A stretch of DNA of 63,910 nt, the filler included, from Thraustochytrium aureum (lineage: Eukaryota): the NCBI GenBank assembly GCA_012862495.1. It is 4 parts of 2 records of this genome, joined end to end, with 100 filler letters (N's around TTAATTAATTAA, not from the genome) between each part and the next. Parts side by side here need not be neighbours in the genome. Positions count along the whole stretch, not along the records: positions 1 to 24,183 come from BLSG01000124.1; 3 more parts are not named here. One strand, given 5' to 3'. This document shows positions 11,901-22,978 of this stretch, piece by piece. Made by a program: the position numbers and the translations under genes. The notes under the pieces were generated by a model. That model saw nothing but the letters and a program-made list of their open reading frames with translations, was not told the DNA's origin and searched no databases. Each line of letters starts with the position of its first letter. The first letter of the stretch is position 1.

Positions 11901-13950
11901 CTCTTAATCAGCGCATTTGGAAGCTCGCGCAGCTTGATCACGTTGATCTGGCCAGACGGAAACACGAGCGGCTGCAGGGCGGGCAGGCGATTTTGGGCCA
12001 GGACCCACCGCTCGCCCGCAATCGAGTGGCGGATGCGGAACGGCTCCCGCGTCGGCACCGCGGCCTTGTTGTCGCCCTGGCCAAAGTACTCTGCGAGGAG
12101 CTTGGCAGAAGAGCGCTGCCGAGCGCAATATCTCGAAGCGCAGACCGTGCGCAACTGGCGCTGGCCGAGCGAGCCGCCGAGCAGGAAGAGCTGGTCGTCC
12201 CCGAGGCGCGAGAGCAGCCTCGCCAAAAGCAGCGGCGGGAAGCGGGCGAGGGGCGGGATCCAGTCCGTGAAGACCTCCTCGAGCACATCGTCGCAGAGCG
12301 AAAGCAGGTCACTGAGCGCCGACTCGCTCAGGCCAAAGGCTGACTCGGCCAGGAGAGAGAGAGTCGTCCCGACGAAGACGGGCCCAAGCTCCCTCTCGAG
12401 GCGCTCAAGAACAAGCACGAAGGCATGGTCGGCGTTGTCAATNNNNNNNNNNNNNNNNNNNNNNNNNNNNNNNNNNNNNNNNNNNNNNNNNNNNNNNNNN
12501 NNNNNNNNNNNNNNNNNNNNNNNNNNNNNNNNNNNNNNNNNNNNNNNNNNNNNNNNNNNNNNNNNNNNNNNNNNNNNNNNNNNNNNNNNNNNNNNNNNNN
12601 NNNNNNNNNNNNNNNNNNNNNNNNNNNNNNNNNNNNNNNNNNNNNNNNNNNNNNNNNNNNNNNNNNNNNNNNNNNNNNNNNNNNNNNNNNNNNNNNNNNN
12701 NNNNNNNNNNNNNNNNNNNNNNNNNNNNNNNNNNNNNNNNNNNNNNNNNNNNNNNNNNNNNNNNNNNNNNNNNNNNNNNNNNNNNNNNNNNNNNNNNNNN
12801 NNNNNNNNNNNNNNNNNNNNNNNNNNNNNNNNNNNNNNNNNNNNNNNNNNNNNNNNNNNNNNNNNNNNNNNNNNNNNNNNNNNNNNNNNNNNNNNNNNNN
12901 NNNNNNNNNNNNNNNNNNNNNNNNNNNNNNNNNNNNNNNNNNNNNNNNNNNNNNNNNNNNNNNNNNNNNNNNNNNNNNNNNNNNNNNNNNNNNNNNNNNN
13001 NNNNNNNNNNNNNNNNNNNNNNNNNNNNNNNNNNNNNNNNNNNNNNNNNNNNNNNNNNNNNNNNNNNNNNNNNNNNNNNNNNNNNNNNNNNNNNNNNNNN
13101 NNNNNNNNNNNGCAGAGATTTCTTGTCTGCGCCTGAGCGCCAGCGCCGCGGCGCGCATGCCGCCTTGTAGTTGTGAGGACTCTTCGCGCCATTGCTCGCG
13201 CCAGCTCTCGCCGGGAGGCGCGTCGTCGGTATTGAGCACGTCCTGCACGGTGCGCAGGTAGGCGCGAGGCGGCACGAAATTCTCGTCGATGGCGTACCAG
13301 CGCTCGACCAGCGCCGAGAGGTGGGGTTCGCGCGTCTCGGCGATCTCGTCTTGCAGCTGGCCGAACAAGGTGGCGCTCATGCTCGACGGAAGTGCGCGCT
13401 TGCCGTACTTGTCGCCAACGAGGCACATAAAGTTGAGCGCAACGGAGGCATCCTGGCACCGTTTGAGCTCAAACGCGCTGATCAGCTCTTTTTCGTGGTT
13501 GTCGTTGAGGGTGCCCATACCCCACGAGGTCTCCGAGAGCTGAAACTCAAACCCGACGGAGGCGCAGTATTCGCGCAGCCTCGGGACGACGGACACGACG
13601 AGGGCTTGTCGTTCTGCGGCCATGTCGGAGTGCGTCGAAGAAATGAAAAACCTCACCACGTTGCTCTCTTCGACGAGGTCTTCGGCGCGGGCCATAGACC
13701 TGCCATCCATCATGCGCACCACGAGTTCCGGCTCAGGTGCGCGTACCCTAGTCACATTTTGCGACAGGTCGACCGGAGCTGGAAAGTACCCAACCGCTTC
13801 CTGCACGGCCAGCATTTCCTTCCACTGGTCCCTCTCCCTGCGCTTGCCCTTGCTCCCCACAGCGCCAGCCAGCGCGGTCCACGCGCGTCCTGACGCCCTC
13901 CATATCGCCGCCGCGCTCTTGCGCCTCGCTTCCGAGGCCCGCCGCCCCAT
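8975..13950 (-). CDS. NWD1/NWD2-like protein: DUF4062 domain, NACHT region presumably in the gap, C-terminal WD40 repeats (start at 13950 or 13815)
   Basis: VVRFFISSTHSDMAAERQAL...PRLREYC...ELKRCQDAS...LVGDKYG (DUF4062). GLSESALSDLLSLCDDVLEEVF..WIPPLARFPPLLLARL is the NWD post-NACHT helical region. Many WD40 repeats (LRGHRGPVSCV, VATGAADGSIKVWS, LVSGSRDGKAKVWD, LATCSADWTVKVWN). Two N gaps lie inside. Confidence 0.82.
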
Positions 13951-15358
13951 AGCGCCCCAGGCCGCCCTCCAAGTGCGCGCAAGCCGGCCCTGCCCTCGGC
14001 CTCCTCCGCCACTGCCCTCGCTCGCGCCGCTCGCGCCGCTTGCGCGTTGGGGGTCTGCCTGGCTGCGTGCCTGCGTGCACTCGCACCGCCTGCCACTCCT
14101 CCCTCTCCCTCCCTCAAGCGTTCTGCTTGCGGATCGTCAGTCCACACTGACTGACTCAGGCTGTTCAAAGTGAGCTTTGGTTCCCACTGCGAGTTCCACC
14201 TACTCACAGGACCACAAAGGGAACCCGAGCGCACCGGCCGCGTCACATTAGGCCGCTTCGAGATGCCCACCTCGGCTCGTGCCTCGTCACGAAGAGTGCG
14301 TACGTGACGAGCGGCGCGGGGTGCATGCGTGCCGCAGACTTTGGATGTACTCTACTGAGTAGGTAGAGTAAACGCAGTACTCACTGCGTTAGCGTCGTGA
14401 AACTGTTCGATTCCTCATTTCCAATCGCAGGGAAAACGAGGTGAAAAACGAGTGAGAAACGCGTTCTCGGCTCGCAGCAGAACAGCGGCGCTGGCGAGCG
14501 CGTTGACCTTGACCACACCGGAGACCAGCTGGTACCTACCGCCCGACGAGCCGTCCGTCCGTCGACCCTTCGAACGCGCCGAGGCCAGACCGCCTTCGCG
14601 ACGCCGCAGACATTCCTACTTCCTTCCTTCCTTNNNNNNNNNNNNNNNNNNNNNNNNNNNNNNNNNNNNNNNNNNNNNNNNNNNNNNNNNNNNNNNNNNN
14701 NNNNNNNNNNNNNNNNNNNNNNNNNNNNNNNNNNNNNNNNNNNNNNNNNNNNNNNNNNNNNNNNNNNNNNNNNNNNNNNNNNNNNNNNNNNNNNNNNNNN
14801 NNNNNNNNNNNNNNNNNNNNNNNNNNNNNNNNNNNNNNNNNNNNNNNNNNNNNNNNNNNNNNNNNNNNNNNNNNNNNNNNNNNNNNNNNNNNNNNNNNNN
14901 NNNNNNNNNNNNNNNNNNNNNNNNNNNNNNNNNNNNNNNNNNNNNNNNNNNNNNNNNNNNNNNNNNNNNNNNNNNNNNNNNNNNNNNNNNNNNNNNNNNN
15001 NNNNNNNNNNNNNNNNNNNNNNNNNNNNNNNNNNNNNNNNNNNNNNNNNNNNNNNNNNNNNNNNNNNNNNNNNNNNNNNNNNNNNNNNNNNNNNNNNNNN
15101 NNNNNNNNNNNNNNNNNNNNNNNNNNNNNNNNNNNNNNNNNNNNNNNNNNNNNNNNNNNNNNNNNNNNNNNNNNNNNNNNNNNNNNNNNNNNNNNNNNNN
15201 NNNNNNNNNNNNNNNNNNNNNNNNNNNNNNNNNNNNNNNNNNNNNNNNNNNNNNNNNNNNNNNNNNNNNNNNNNNNNNNNNNNNNNNNNNNNNNNNNNNN
15301 NNNNNNNNNNNNNNNNNNNNNNNNNNNNNNNNNNNNNNNNNNNNNNNNNNNNNNNNNN

Positions 15359-16536
15359 TTTCGCTCCGCGACCTGCTATGCCGGCTCGAGTGCGACCTGG
15401 ATGAGCCCGAGCTGGAGCGCTCCTTTCGGATCCTGAGTACGAGCAAGTACACGTTCGAGCACCTGGGTTCGTTGTGCAAAGAGGGTCGAGTCTCCGCCTT
15501 GATTTGGATCAAAGGCGGCCAGCCGCGGTGCTTTGTCTGCGGGGGGCGCGACCGCGTCCAAGGGCGCGCCGCCTTCACCTCAACGCGCACGCTGCTGACG
15601 ATCCTCAGCTGCTTGGTCGAGGTGCCGGACGTCCTGTTCGCGCTCGACAACTCGGACTGGGCGGCGCCCCAGTCGGCGTCGACCGCCCCGGGGTGGCTCG
15701 AGCCGCTCCCCGGCGTGGTCCGGTACACGGGGTCGCCGGGGCACCCGACCGTCCTGCTGCCCACGGACGCGTACGTGCGCGCCAGCACGCACTGCCACAT
15801 CTCGTCCGAGTCGTGGGAAGAAAGAATCAAGGTGTGCCGACAGATCGACGGGTCGCCGAGAATGCTGGGGCTGGAGTGGGCGGAGCGCAAGAGCGTCGTT
15901 TTCTGGCGCGGCTCTTCGACCGGGGTGCCGCTGGACCCAGGGATCTACCAGTACCTGCCGCGACCGGCGCTGATTGGCGGATTTTTTGGGGAGACTGGCT
16001 TTGACCTCGGGTTTGTCGGTGGCCAGCCGCCGGCGCGGGCTCCAGAGTACAAGGCCTTCTTCCGCTCGCACCTCGTCGAGCCGGTATCCTCGAGCAAATT
16101 TTGCAACTATAGGTATTTAATCCACGTGGACGGCCACACCGCGAGCTGGGGACTAGCGCACAAGCTAACCACAAGGAGTGCCGTGCTCTGGGTGGAGAGC
16201 CACTTCCAGTACCGCGAGTTCTACTACGCGTTGCTGCACCCGTGGAAGCACTTTATTCCTGTCGACGCCGACCTCAGCAACCTCCGCGAGACGCGCGACT
16301 GGCTGTTTGGGGCGCACGGCTCCGAGGAGGCGCGCAAGCTCGCTCGTCGCGCTCGCCGTCTCTTCGAGGACCGGTTGCGCCCCGAGGCAACGTACTGTTA
16401 TCTGTCTCGCCTGCTCTGGTCCTTGGCGAGCGCGCAGCGCGAGGCCCCGACTTTTGCGTCCCTCGCCGCCGCCGGCATTCCGGCGGACCGCTTTGTCGTC
16501 CTGCCAGAATTCACTGGGGCGCCCGCCGCGTCCTGA
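15359..16536 (+). CDS. Glycosyltransferase family 90 (CAP10 / POGLUT-KDELC-like); 5' part lost in the gap
   Basis: WAERKSVVFWRGSSTG, YRYLIHVDGHTASWGL and YREFYYALLHPWKHFIPVDADLSNL are CAP10/GT90 motifs. Confidence 0.88.
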
Positions 16537-17241
16537 CCGGTTCGGGTCGTTGAGCCCTGCTTGCCCAAACCGAACGAGCCTCGGAGTAGCAAAAACCGCG
16601 AAAAGCAATGTGCAGACTCGGTGCAGACTTTGAGAAAGGCCCAGGCGGCGCCAGACGGCAGCGCTGCTTGTGCAGTCGTCGACTCGTTGCTTGTGCAGTC
16701 GTTGTCGACTCGTCGCTGTGGGCGGGCGAAGCGTGCCGGCACCCTCCCGACTCGTTGGTACGGCACCCTCCCGACCTCTTGCCTTTGGCCCCCCTGCGTC
16801 TCACCCGCACACCAACTGTGCGTGCGCCACTCCCCTCGCACATGCACCTCGCACACGCGCCTCCACATCCTTGATCGTCCGCGATCGATGGCGCCAAGGC
16901 GGTTGTGCTCCGCGCCGTCCGCTGCCTGTCAGCACGAGCACGACGCCTGTCTGCGGGGCGGGCGTCCAATGACTGGGCGGTGGTCTTGTTCCTGTGGCCA
17001 ATTGTGTGTAATTGCGTTTGGCGGTGGTCTGGACGGTTTTGGCGCACTCCAAGTTTTTGCAGTGCCACCAACATCATAACATCATGGAGTTGCACGCCAA
17101 TCCGGCAGTCTCGCAACCCAAACGCTGCCCGAGCACCAAGAACAGGTAGCGCGGTCGAGGTGGAGCCAGGCGAGACAAGAGCCACAGAACGCAATCGGCG
17201 CTGCCCGGTCGTGGAGCTCTCGAGCGAGCTTGTCGAGCAAG

Positions 17242-18348
17242 ATGCGCTCCGCTGTTGGCGCCGTGCTAGCCGCTGCCGTGGTTGTCGCCTCGGTGCAGCA
17301 AGCTGATGCACACGCCAAGTTCCACTGCCCGGTGCCACGCACGCAGGACAGCGGGCTTAAAAACGGGTCCTGCGGCAACAAGCCGCGTGGAGCAGTCGTG
17401 GCTCAACTCGCGCCGGGGCCGCAGAGCTTTCACTTTGAGGAAACGATCACCCACACTGGCGCACCATATCGCATCGCGCTCTCGACGAACAACGACGACA
17501 ACTTTGAGAGCTGCATCCTTCTCAACCACATTCCGCATGCAACAGACAATGGCGAATACTACACCGTCACAGTGGACATCCCCGACATCGACTGCCCGAC
17601 GTGCACGCTGCAGCTGATCCAGGTCATGACCGACAAGATCCAGGACCCGACCTGCACCTTCAACCCTGACGACACAACGAGCTTTGCCAACGGGCAGTGC
17701 GGGTCCAACTACTTTAGTTGTGTGGACGTGGCCATTACGGGCACAACGCCGGTGGCTGACTTTGTCTGCCCCGCGGCGCCTGCGGACTGGCCATACGCCG
17801 CAAAGCCAAAGTACACCTACGACAAGGGCCACTCGGCGATCTGGGCGCCGGCCAACGGAGGCCCGGCGGCCGTGCGCACCCTCTCTGGGGTTCCTGCCAA
17901 GTACACCACGTTGAGTGGCTTCTGTGCCCAGCAAGCAAACCTTCCCGGCAACGTGCCGGCGCCGACGCCCGCGGGTGGCGCGGCTCCGGTCCCCGCGCCG
18001 GCCCCTGGCTCCCCGCAGTCGCAAGACCCGGCTGATAGTGCTTCGGAGGACGACTCGATGCTGCTCTACGTCGGCCTCGGCGGCGGCGCGGTTGTGTTGG
18101 CCGTCGGCGCTTTCGCCTACTCTCGCCGCGCGGGGCAGGCCAACGTGCAGATGGCGCAGGGCTACCCGCAGCAGCAGCAAGGCTTCCCGCAGCAGCAGCA
18201 AGGCTACCCGCAGGGCGGCTTCCCAGGACAGGGCTTTGACCAGGGGTACCCAGGTCAGGGGGGCTACGACAACGGCTATGCGATGCAGGGCTACGGCGGC
18301 CAGCAGGAGATGATGCCGCAGTACGCCAAGTCGATGCCGCCAATCTGA
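17242..18348 (+). CDS. Secreted, type I membrane-anchored histidine-brace (LPMO-like, SCE4755-family-like) protein, paralog 1
   Basis: Signal peptide ends ADA|H24 (CAC at 17311). Motifs: HAKFHCPVPR..GLKNGSCG, EETITHTG (second His), PDIDCPTCTLQLIQVMTDK, NYFSCVDVAI. Pro-rich linker, TM segment (LLYVGLGGGAVVLAVGAFAY-SRR), GYPQQQ-repeat tail. Confidence 0.8.
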   Translation: MRSAVGAVLAAAVVVASVQQADAHAKFHCPVPRTQDSGLKNGSCGNKPRGAVVAQLAPGPQSFHFEETITHTGAPYRIALSTNNDDNFESCILLNHIPHATDNGEYYTVTVDIPDIDCPTCTLQLIQVMTDKIQDPTCTFNPDDTTSFANGQCGSNYFSCVDVAITGTTPVADFVCPAAPADWPYAAKPKYTYDKGHSAIWAPANGGPAAVRTLSGVPAKYTTLSGFCAQQANLPGNVPAPTPAGGAAPVPAPAPGSPQSQDPADSASEDDSMLLYVGLGGGAVVLAVGAFAYSRRAGQANVQMAQGYPQQQQGFPQQQQGYPQGGFPGQGFDQGYPGQGGYDNGYAMQGYGGQQEMMPQYAKSMPPI

Positions 18349-18602
18349 TCCGATTCATCGCGAATCGCGATGGTTGGGTCGCAAGGCCTTCCTGCCTTTC
18401 GTGACTCTAGTCACCTACCTCCTGGCAACGGACCTCGTCAGAGCGAGCACGAGCAGCCAATACTCAGGTAGCGCGACCACGGGAAGCACAGCTTCGCAGG
18501 CCAACAGTGCAGCAGCGGTGGCTTAGGTACAATGACGTCCAACGGGTTGTGAACAAGAAATTGCAACACAATCTCGGGAAAAGGTGCAACGAGAGCAAAC
18601 TC

Positions 18603-18678
18603 GGCTCGACAATTCTTGCGGCTCGACAATTCCCTTGCGGCTCGACAATTCCCTTGCGGCTCGACAATTCACCTTGCG
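18603..18678 (+). repeat. Minisatellite, 17-20 bp unit GGCTCGACAATTC(CC)TTGC, at least 4 copies, running into a gap
   Basis: Tandem copies read directly. Confidence 0.9.
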
Positions 18679-19184
18679 NNNNNNNNNNNNNNNNNNNNNN
18701 NNNNNNNNNNNNNNNNNNNNNNNNNNNNNNNNNNNNNNNNNNNNNNNNNNNNNNNNNNNNNNNNNNNNNNNNNNNNNNNNNNNNNNNNNNNNNNNNNNNN
18801 NNNNNNNNNNNNNNNNNNNNNNNNNNNNNNNNNNNNNNNNNNNNNNNNNNNNNNNNNNNNNNNNNNNNNNNNNNNNNNNNNNNNNNNNNNNNNNNNNNNN
18901 NNNNNNNNNNNNNNNNNNNNNNNNNNNNNNNNNNNNNNNNNNNNNNNNNNNNNNNNNNNNNNNNNNNNNNNNNNNNNNNNNNNNNNNNNNNNNNNNNNNN
19001 NNNNNNNNNNNNNNNNNNNNNNNNNNNNNNNNNNNNNNNNNNNNNNNNNNNNNNNNNNNNNNNNNNNNNNNNNNNNNNNNNNNNNNNNNNNNNNNNNNNN
19101 NNNNNNNNNNNNNNNNNNNNNNNNNNNNNNNNNNNNNNNNNNNNNNNNNNNNNNNNNNNNNNNNNNNNNNNNNNNNNNNNNNNN

Positions 19185-19260
19185 GTTGCGGCAGGAGCGG
19201 CAGGAGCGGCAGGAGCGTGTTGGCGGCAGGAGCGTGTTGGCGGCAGGAGCAGTTGGCGGC
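19185..19260 (+). repeat. Tandem GCGGCAGGAGC / GTGTTGGCGGCAGGAGC repeats on the far side of the same gap
   Basis: Read directly. Confidence 0.8.
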
Positions 19261-19330
19261 GGGACCACCTGGCCGGGCGCCTTGCTGGCCCAGCGCGGTG
19301 CGCGCGGCGGCCGGTCGGCGGCGAGCGAGG

Positions 19331-19609
19331 ATGGGGCGCAGGACGGTCGGCGTGCCGGGGGTGCGCGCCGTAGTCAAGGTGTCGTGCAAGGTGGCCTCGG
19401 CGGTGGGCAAGGTGGGGAGCGCCGTGGCCAAGCCGGTCGTTGGTCTGCCTGCTGCTACGGCGAATGTCGTGAGCCGCGTGGCCGCGCGGGCCGCGCGGTG
19501 GCACATTTCCAAGTGCAACCCGGCTGTTCCGATTGTATCGCGGGACCAGTTTGCCGCCATGCTGCGCGGGGAAGAGGGCAATGAAGAGGACGCGATGGTG
19601 TTTGCCTGA
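19331..19609 (+). CDS. Possible small Ala/Val/Lys-rich hypothetical protein (92 aa), or the 3' end of a gene hidden in the gap
   Basis: Open frame with G/C-ending codons (GTC AAG GTG TCG TGC AAG GTG GCC) ending EEDAMVFA-TGA; no recognisable family. Confidence 0.35.
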   Translation: MGRRTVGVPGVRAVVKVSCKVASAVGKVGSAVAKPVVGLPAATANVVSRVAARAARWHISKCNPAVPIVSRDQFAAMLRGEEGNEEDAMVFA

Positions 19610-20171
19610 GACGGCGCGGCATGCGCTGCGCTTCTCTTCCGAGAACCCACATTCTTTTAAATGACCAGCGACCCGCGGGCGTTGCCGGCCTTCGCTTGCG
19701 AGCTGGCATTCCGCGGCGCATTGTTTCCTTGCCCACCCGTCTTGGCGCGGCGCACAGCGGTTTTCTTTTGCCGCGGCTGCGTCAGGGCTACCCTCCTGAC
19801 TATTTTGCTTACAGAACCGAATTTGACCTTTCCTTCCTCCTCGCTTGCCAGTGCTTGAGCCACGGCGGGCGCTGCTCTGCGCTCTCCGGGCTGGCCAGCC
19901 GTCGAGGCGACAACGCACAGTGCGTAGATACACAATATCCTTGAAATACAAGCGAGCAGCTCTCTCTCGAGCACTCGAGAGAGCTCTATCAACGAAAAAG
20001 CCGGGCCGTCGGCCGGCCCGCGAAGCTCACTGCTGCCCTCCCTCGCACGACAGGCCATAAGGGCCCGCAAAGAAGCGCAGGGCAGGCAAGCCAGCCGCAT
20101 CAAGACCGCTGAGCCGCATCCGAACCGCTGAGCCGCATCCGGACCACGACCGCGGCGGCTAAAACACAGCA

Positions 20172-21950
20172 TCAATTCAGCCGCATTGACGAGCCGCAAC
20201 AGGACCGCGAGTGCGGCAACACCTCGAGCGGCTCGTTCTCCGGCTCGGCGCCCGGCCGCAGCCGCATCAGGTCCTCAGACAACAAGTACTTGTGCAACGC
20301 CGTCCGTGCACAGGTCTGCGAGAGGACCTTGGAGGCAATTTGGCCACCGAGATCCACCGGAAAGCGAGCCAAAAACTGGGCCATGGCATCTCGTCCCGCA
20401 CCTGGGGCAGCATCGCTAAAGAGGTCCTCCACGCAGACCGNNNNNNNNNNNNNNNNNNNNNNNNNNNNNNNNNNNNNNNNNNNNNNNNNNNNNNNNNNNN
20501 NNNNNNNNNNNNNNNNNNNNNNNNNNNNNNNNNNNNNNNNNNNNNNNNNNNNNNNNNNNNNNNNNNNNNNNNNNNNNNNNNNNNNNNNNNNNNNNNNNNN
20601 NNNNNNNNNNNNNNNNNNNNNNNNNNNNNNNNNNNNNNNNNNNNNNNNNNNNNNNNNNNNNNNNNNNNNNNNNNNNNNNNNNNNNNNNNNNNNNNNNNNN
20701 NNNNNNNNNNNNNNNNNNNNNNNNNNNNNNNNNNNNNNNNNNNNNNNNNNNNNNNNNNNNNNNNNNNNNNNNNNNNNNNNNNNNNNNNNNNNNNNNNNNN
20801 NNNNNNNNNNNNNNNNNNNNNNNNNNNNNNNNNNNNNNNNNNNNNNNNNNNNNNNNNNNNNNNNNNNNNNNNNGGCCCAAAACACAGACGAGCCAAACTG
20901 CTCCTTCGCGCAGATGTCGTGTTCTTGCGACATTTCCGCAATCGTGAGCACGCAGTTGCTGCAGCGTCCCACGACCGCGACGTGAAAGTAACTCGCGAGC
21001 ATCTCCACGGGCTGTTCAAAGCAGGCCGGGTTCGACTCGACCTGCGACAGCAGGCCCGACAGAGACTCCACCGTCTTCTCGAACCGAACCCGGTGCAGGC
21101 AGGCCTGCAGTTTGCGCACCAAGCGAGCGTCTCGCGGCCAGGCAGCCGCGCCGCCGTCAACGGGCGAGGCGTCTGGTAGCGCCTGCGGCGAGGGCACGAG
21201 ACCAGACCTCCACGCCCCGGGGCTTGCTTGCTCCTGCTGAATCGCCACCAGAAGCGCCACGGAGGACACAAATAGGCCGGCTGCGCGCGCAACGGGTGCC
21301 GCGAGGAAAACGAGGTCAAAGCGCTTGCGCAGGTCGCTGTCCTCGTCGCAGATCCAATCCATGTGGTCCCGCAGCGTCTTGAACGTGCTTACGCCCATCT
21401 TGGCCTCCATAATGAGGCTCAACGTGTACGCGAATAGGGCGGCCCAGCGCCGCGCTGCATGGGCGTTGCCGCCCAGGACGCGCCCGGCGTCCCAAAACCC
21501 TGGCTCGCTGCGCATCTCTGCTGCCAGCGGGCGGCACTCGGCCACGGCCGCCAGCAGCACGGCCTCGGCAGCCGCCTTGCCGCCAAACTCGGCCTGGCTC
21601 GCGAGGGTGCCGACGAGGCCGCGCGGAAACAGGGTGGCCACCGCGCCCTGGTCGCACGCCGGAGGGCCAGGCCTTGCCCGCCGCGCCGCGTGCTCGCGCT
21701 CCAAGGTGTCAAGCACCGCCTCCGCCAGCTTTCGCTCCCCTTGGGCCACGACTTGCAGCTGGCGCGCGAGGAGCACGCGGTCCCACTCCACGAGCTCTGG
21801 CGTCACCAGCCTCTCCGGCCCGTGCGGCACGGGCGCGTCAGCAGCAACATGCAGCTCCAGCTCTCGTTTGGCCGCCGCGCACGCTGGTGGCGGCAGCGGC
21901 TTGGCCGCCGTCGCCACAGCGCCGCCCGTGCGCGACTTTGCCCTGCGCAT
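20172..21950 (-). CDS. Hypothetical protein (internal gap)
   Basis: Long ORF from ATG 21950 (MRRAKSRTGG) with coding-like codon use; no family motif recognised; 3' frame after the gap is uncertain. Confidence 0.55.
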   Translation of the reverse strand: MRRAKSRTGGAVATAAKPLPPPACAAAKRELELHVAADAPVPHGPERLVTPELVEWDRVLLARQLQVVAQGERKLAEAVLDTLEREHAARRARPGPPACDQGAVATLFPRGLVGTLASQAEFGGKAAAEAVLLAAVAECRPLAAEMRSEPGFWDAGRVLGGNAHAARRWAALFAYTLSLIMEAKMGVSTFKTLRDHMDWICDEDSDLRKRFDLVFLAAPVARAAGLFVSSVALLVAIQQEQASPGAWRSGLVPSPQALPDASPVDGGAAAWPRDARLVRKLQACLHRVRFEKTVESLSGLLSQVESNPACFEQPVEMLASYFHVAVVGRCSNCVLTIAEMSQEHDICAKEQFGSSVFWAXXXXXXXXXXXXXXXXXXXXXXXXXXXXXXXXXXXXXXXXXXXXXXXXXXXXXXXXXXXXXXXXXXXXXXXXXXXXXXXXXXXXXXXXXXXXXXXXXXXXXXXXXXXXXXXXXXXXXXXXXXXXXXXXXXXXXXXXXXXXXXXXXVCVEDLFSDAAPGAGRDAMAQFLARFPVDLGGQIASKVLSQTCARTALHKYLLSEDLMRLRPGAEPENEPLEVLPHSRSCCGSSMRLN

Positions 21951-22148
21951 TCCCCCGAGCGCCGAAACCGAGCAAAGCCCAACCAAAACGCCGCGCCAGG
22001 CCAGGCCCGCGCGCCCGCGGACCAAACCACGCTCGCCACCCGCCCGGAATGCTCCGCGCCAGGCCCTCGAGGGCGCCTCGCCGTGCCCGACAGAGTCGCG
22101 TTTGGCCCCGCGCTGCGCCGACGCCAGCGACGACAACAACCGAGTGTG

Positions 22149-22232
22149 AAAAACAAACAACAAACAACAAACAACAAACAAACAACAACAAACAAACAGA
22201 CTCGAACAAGCGCAAAGAAGAAGAAAAAAAAA
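22149..22232 (+). repeat. (AAAC/AAC)n microsatellite plus A-rich tract in a divergent intergenic region
   Basis: aaaacaaacaacaaacaacaa...aagaagaagaaaaaaaaa. Confidence 0.9.
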
Positions 22233-22978
22233 GCGCGTTTGGCCACCCTGGCGCGACCTAACCCGACCCTCTATAAGTGACCTTGACCCTCTGTTATGGC
22301 GCGCCCGAAAGAGCAGCGGCCCGCTGTTCTGCAGCGACCGCCTCTGCCCCGTTATTACGCAATCGTATGCAGCGGTAACGTGCGCCTTGCGTTATTGCGG
22401 GGCAGGAGAAATAATAGAGGGCCTCGCGCAAACCTGCGCAATGGCCGAGGCTGTGTCCAACACGGGGGCAGCACATGCAGAGACCCCGCGTCCGAAGCAG
22501 AGGAAAAACGCATGCACTGCGCCGGGCCGGCTGCGGGCCGCCCCCGCTGGCGAGGAATTCCCTCGCTGCCTTTTCCGTTTCTCTCCGCACAGACTCTGAA
22601 AGTCAGTTGAAGCCCTACAAGACCCCGCGCGCGCCATGATCGCGGTCCTCCGCTCTGCGCTGTATTGTACTGAATGTCAAGACACAGATGCGCGGCCAAG
22701 CACAGAGAGTCTCTCTTGAATTGTTTTCAGTAGTCGCGGCCGTCTTTAGGTTTGGCCAGCACGAGCCAGCCAGCCCAATAGCCCAACCGACGAGAGAGAG
22801 AGCGTCTTGTCGTCGAGGGGCAGATCCCGATTCGGGCGCCAGTGAGGTCGGTGTGCACGCACAGCCGCGGGAGAGCAGCAGCGGCTCGGGCGCGCCAGCT
22901 CGAGGCACGAGAGCGAGAGACGCAGGCTGCGGCACCTGGACGAACGAAGCGTGCCGCTCCTCGGCTGCGCGAAGCGGC

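Noticed and set aside
14340..14430. tRNA gene suggested by GTTCGATTCC
   Set aside because: The flanks AACTG/CCTCA do not form a T-stem, and I could not build an acceptor stem or anticodon arm.
18603..18678. Repeats that could be mistaken for a CRISPR array
   Set aside because: Units are directly adjacent with no unique spacers, there are no cas genes, and the context is eukaryotic; it is a minisatellite.
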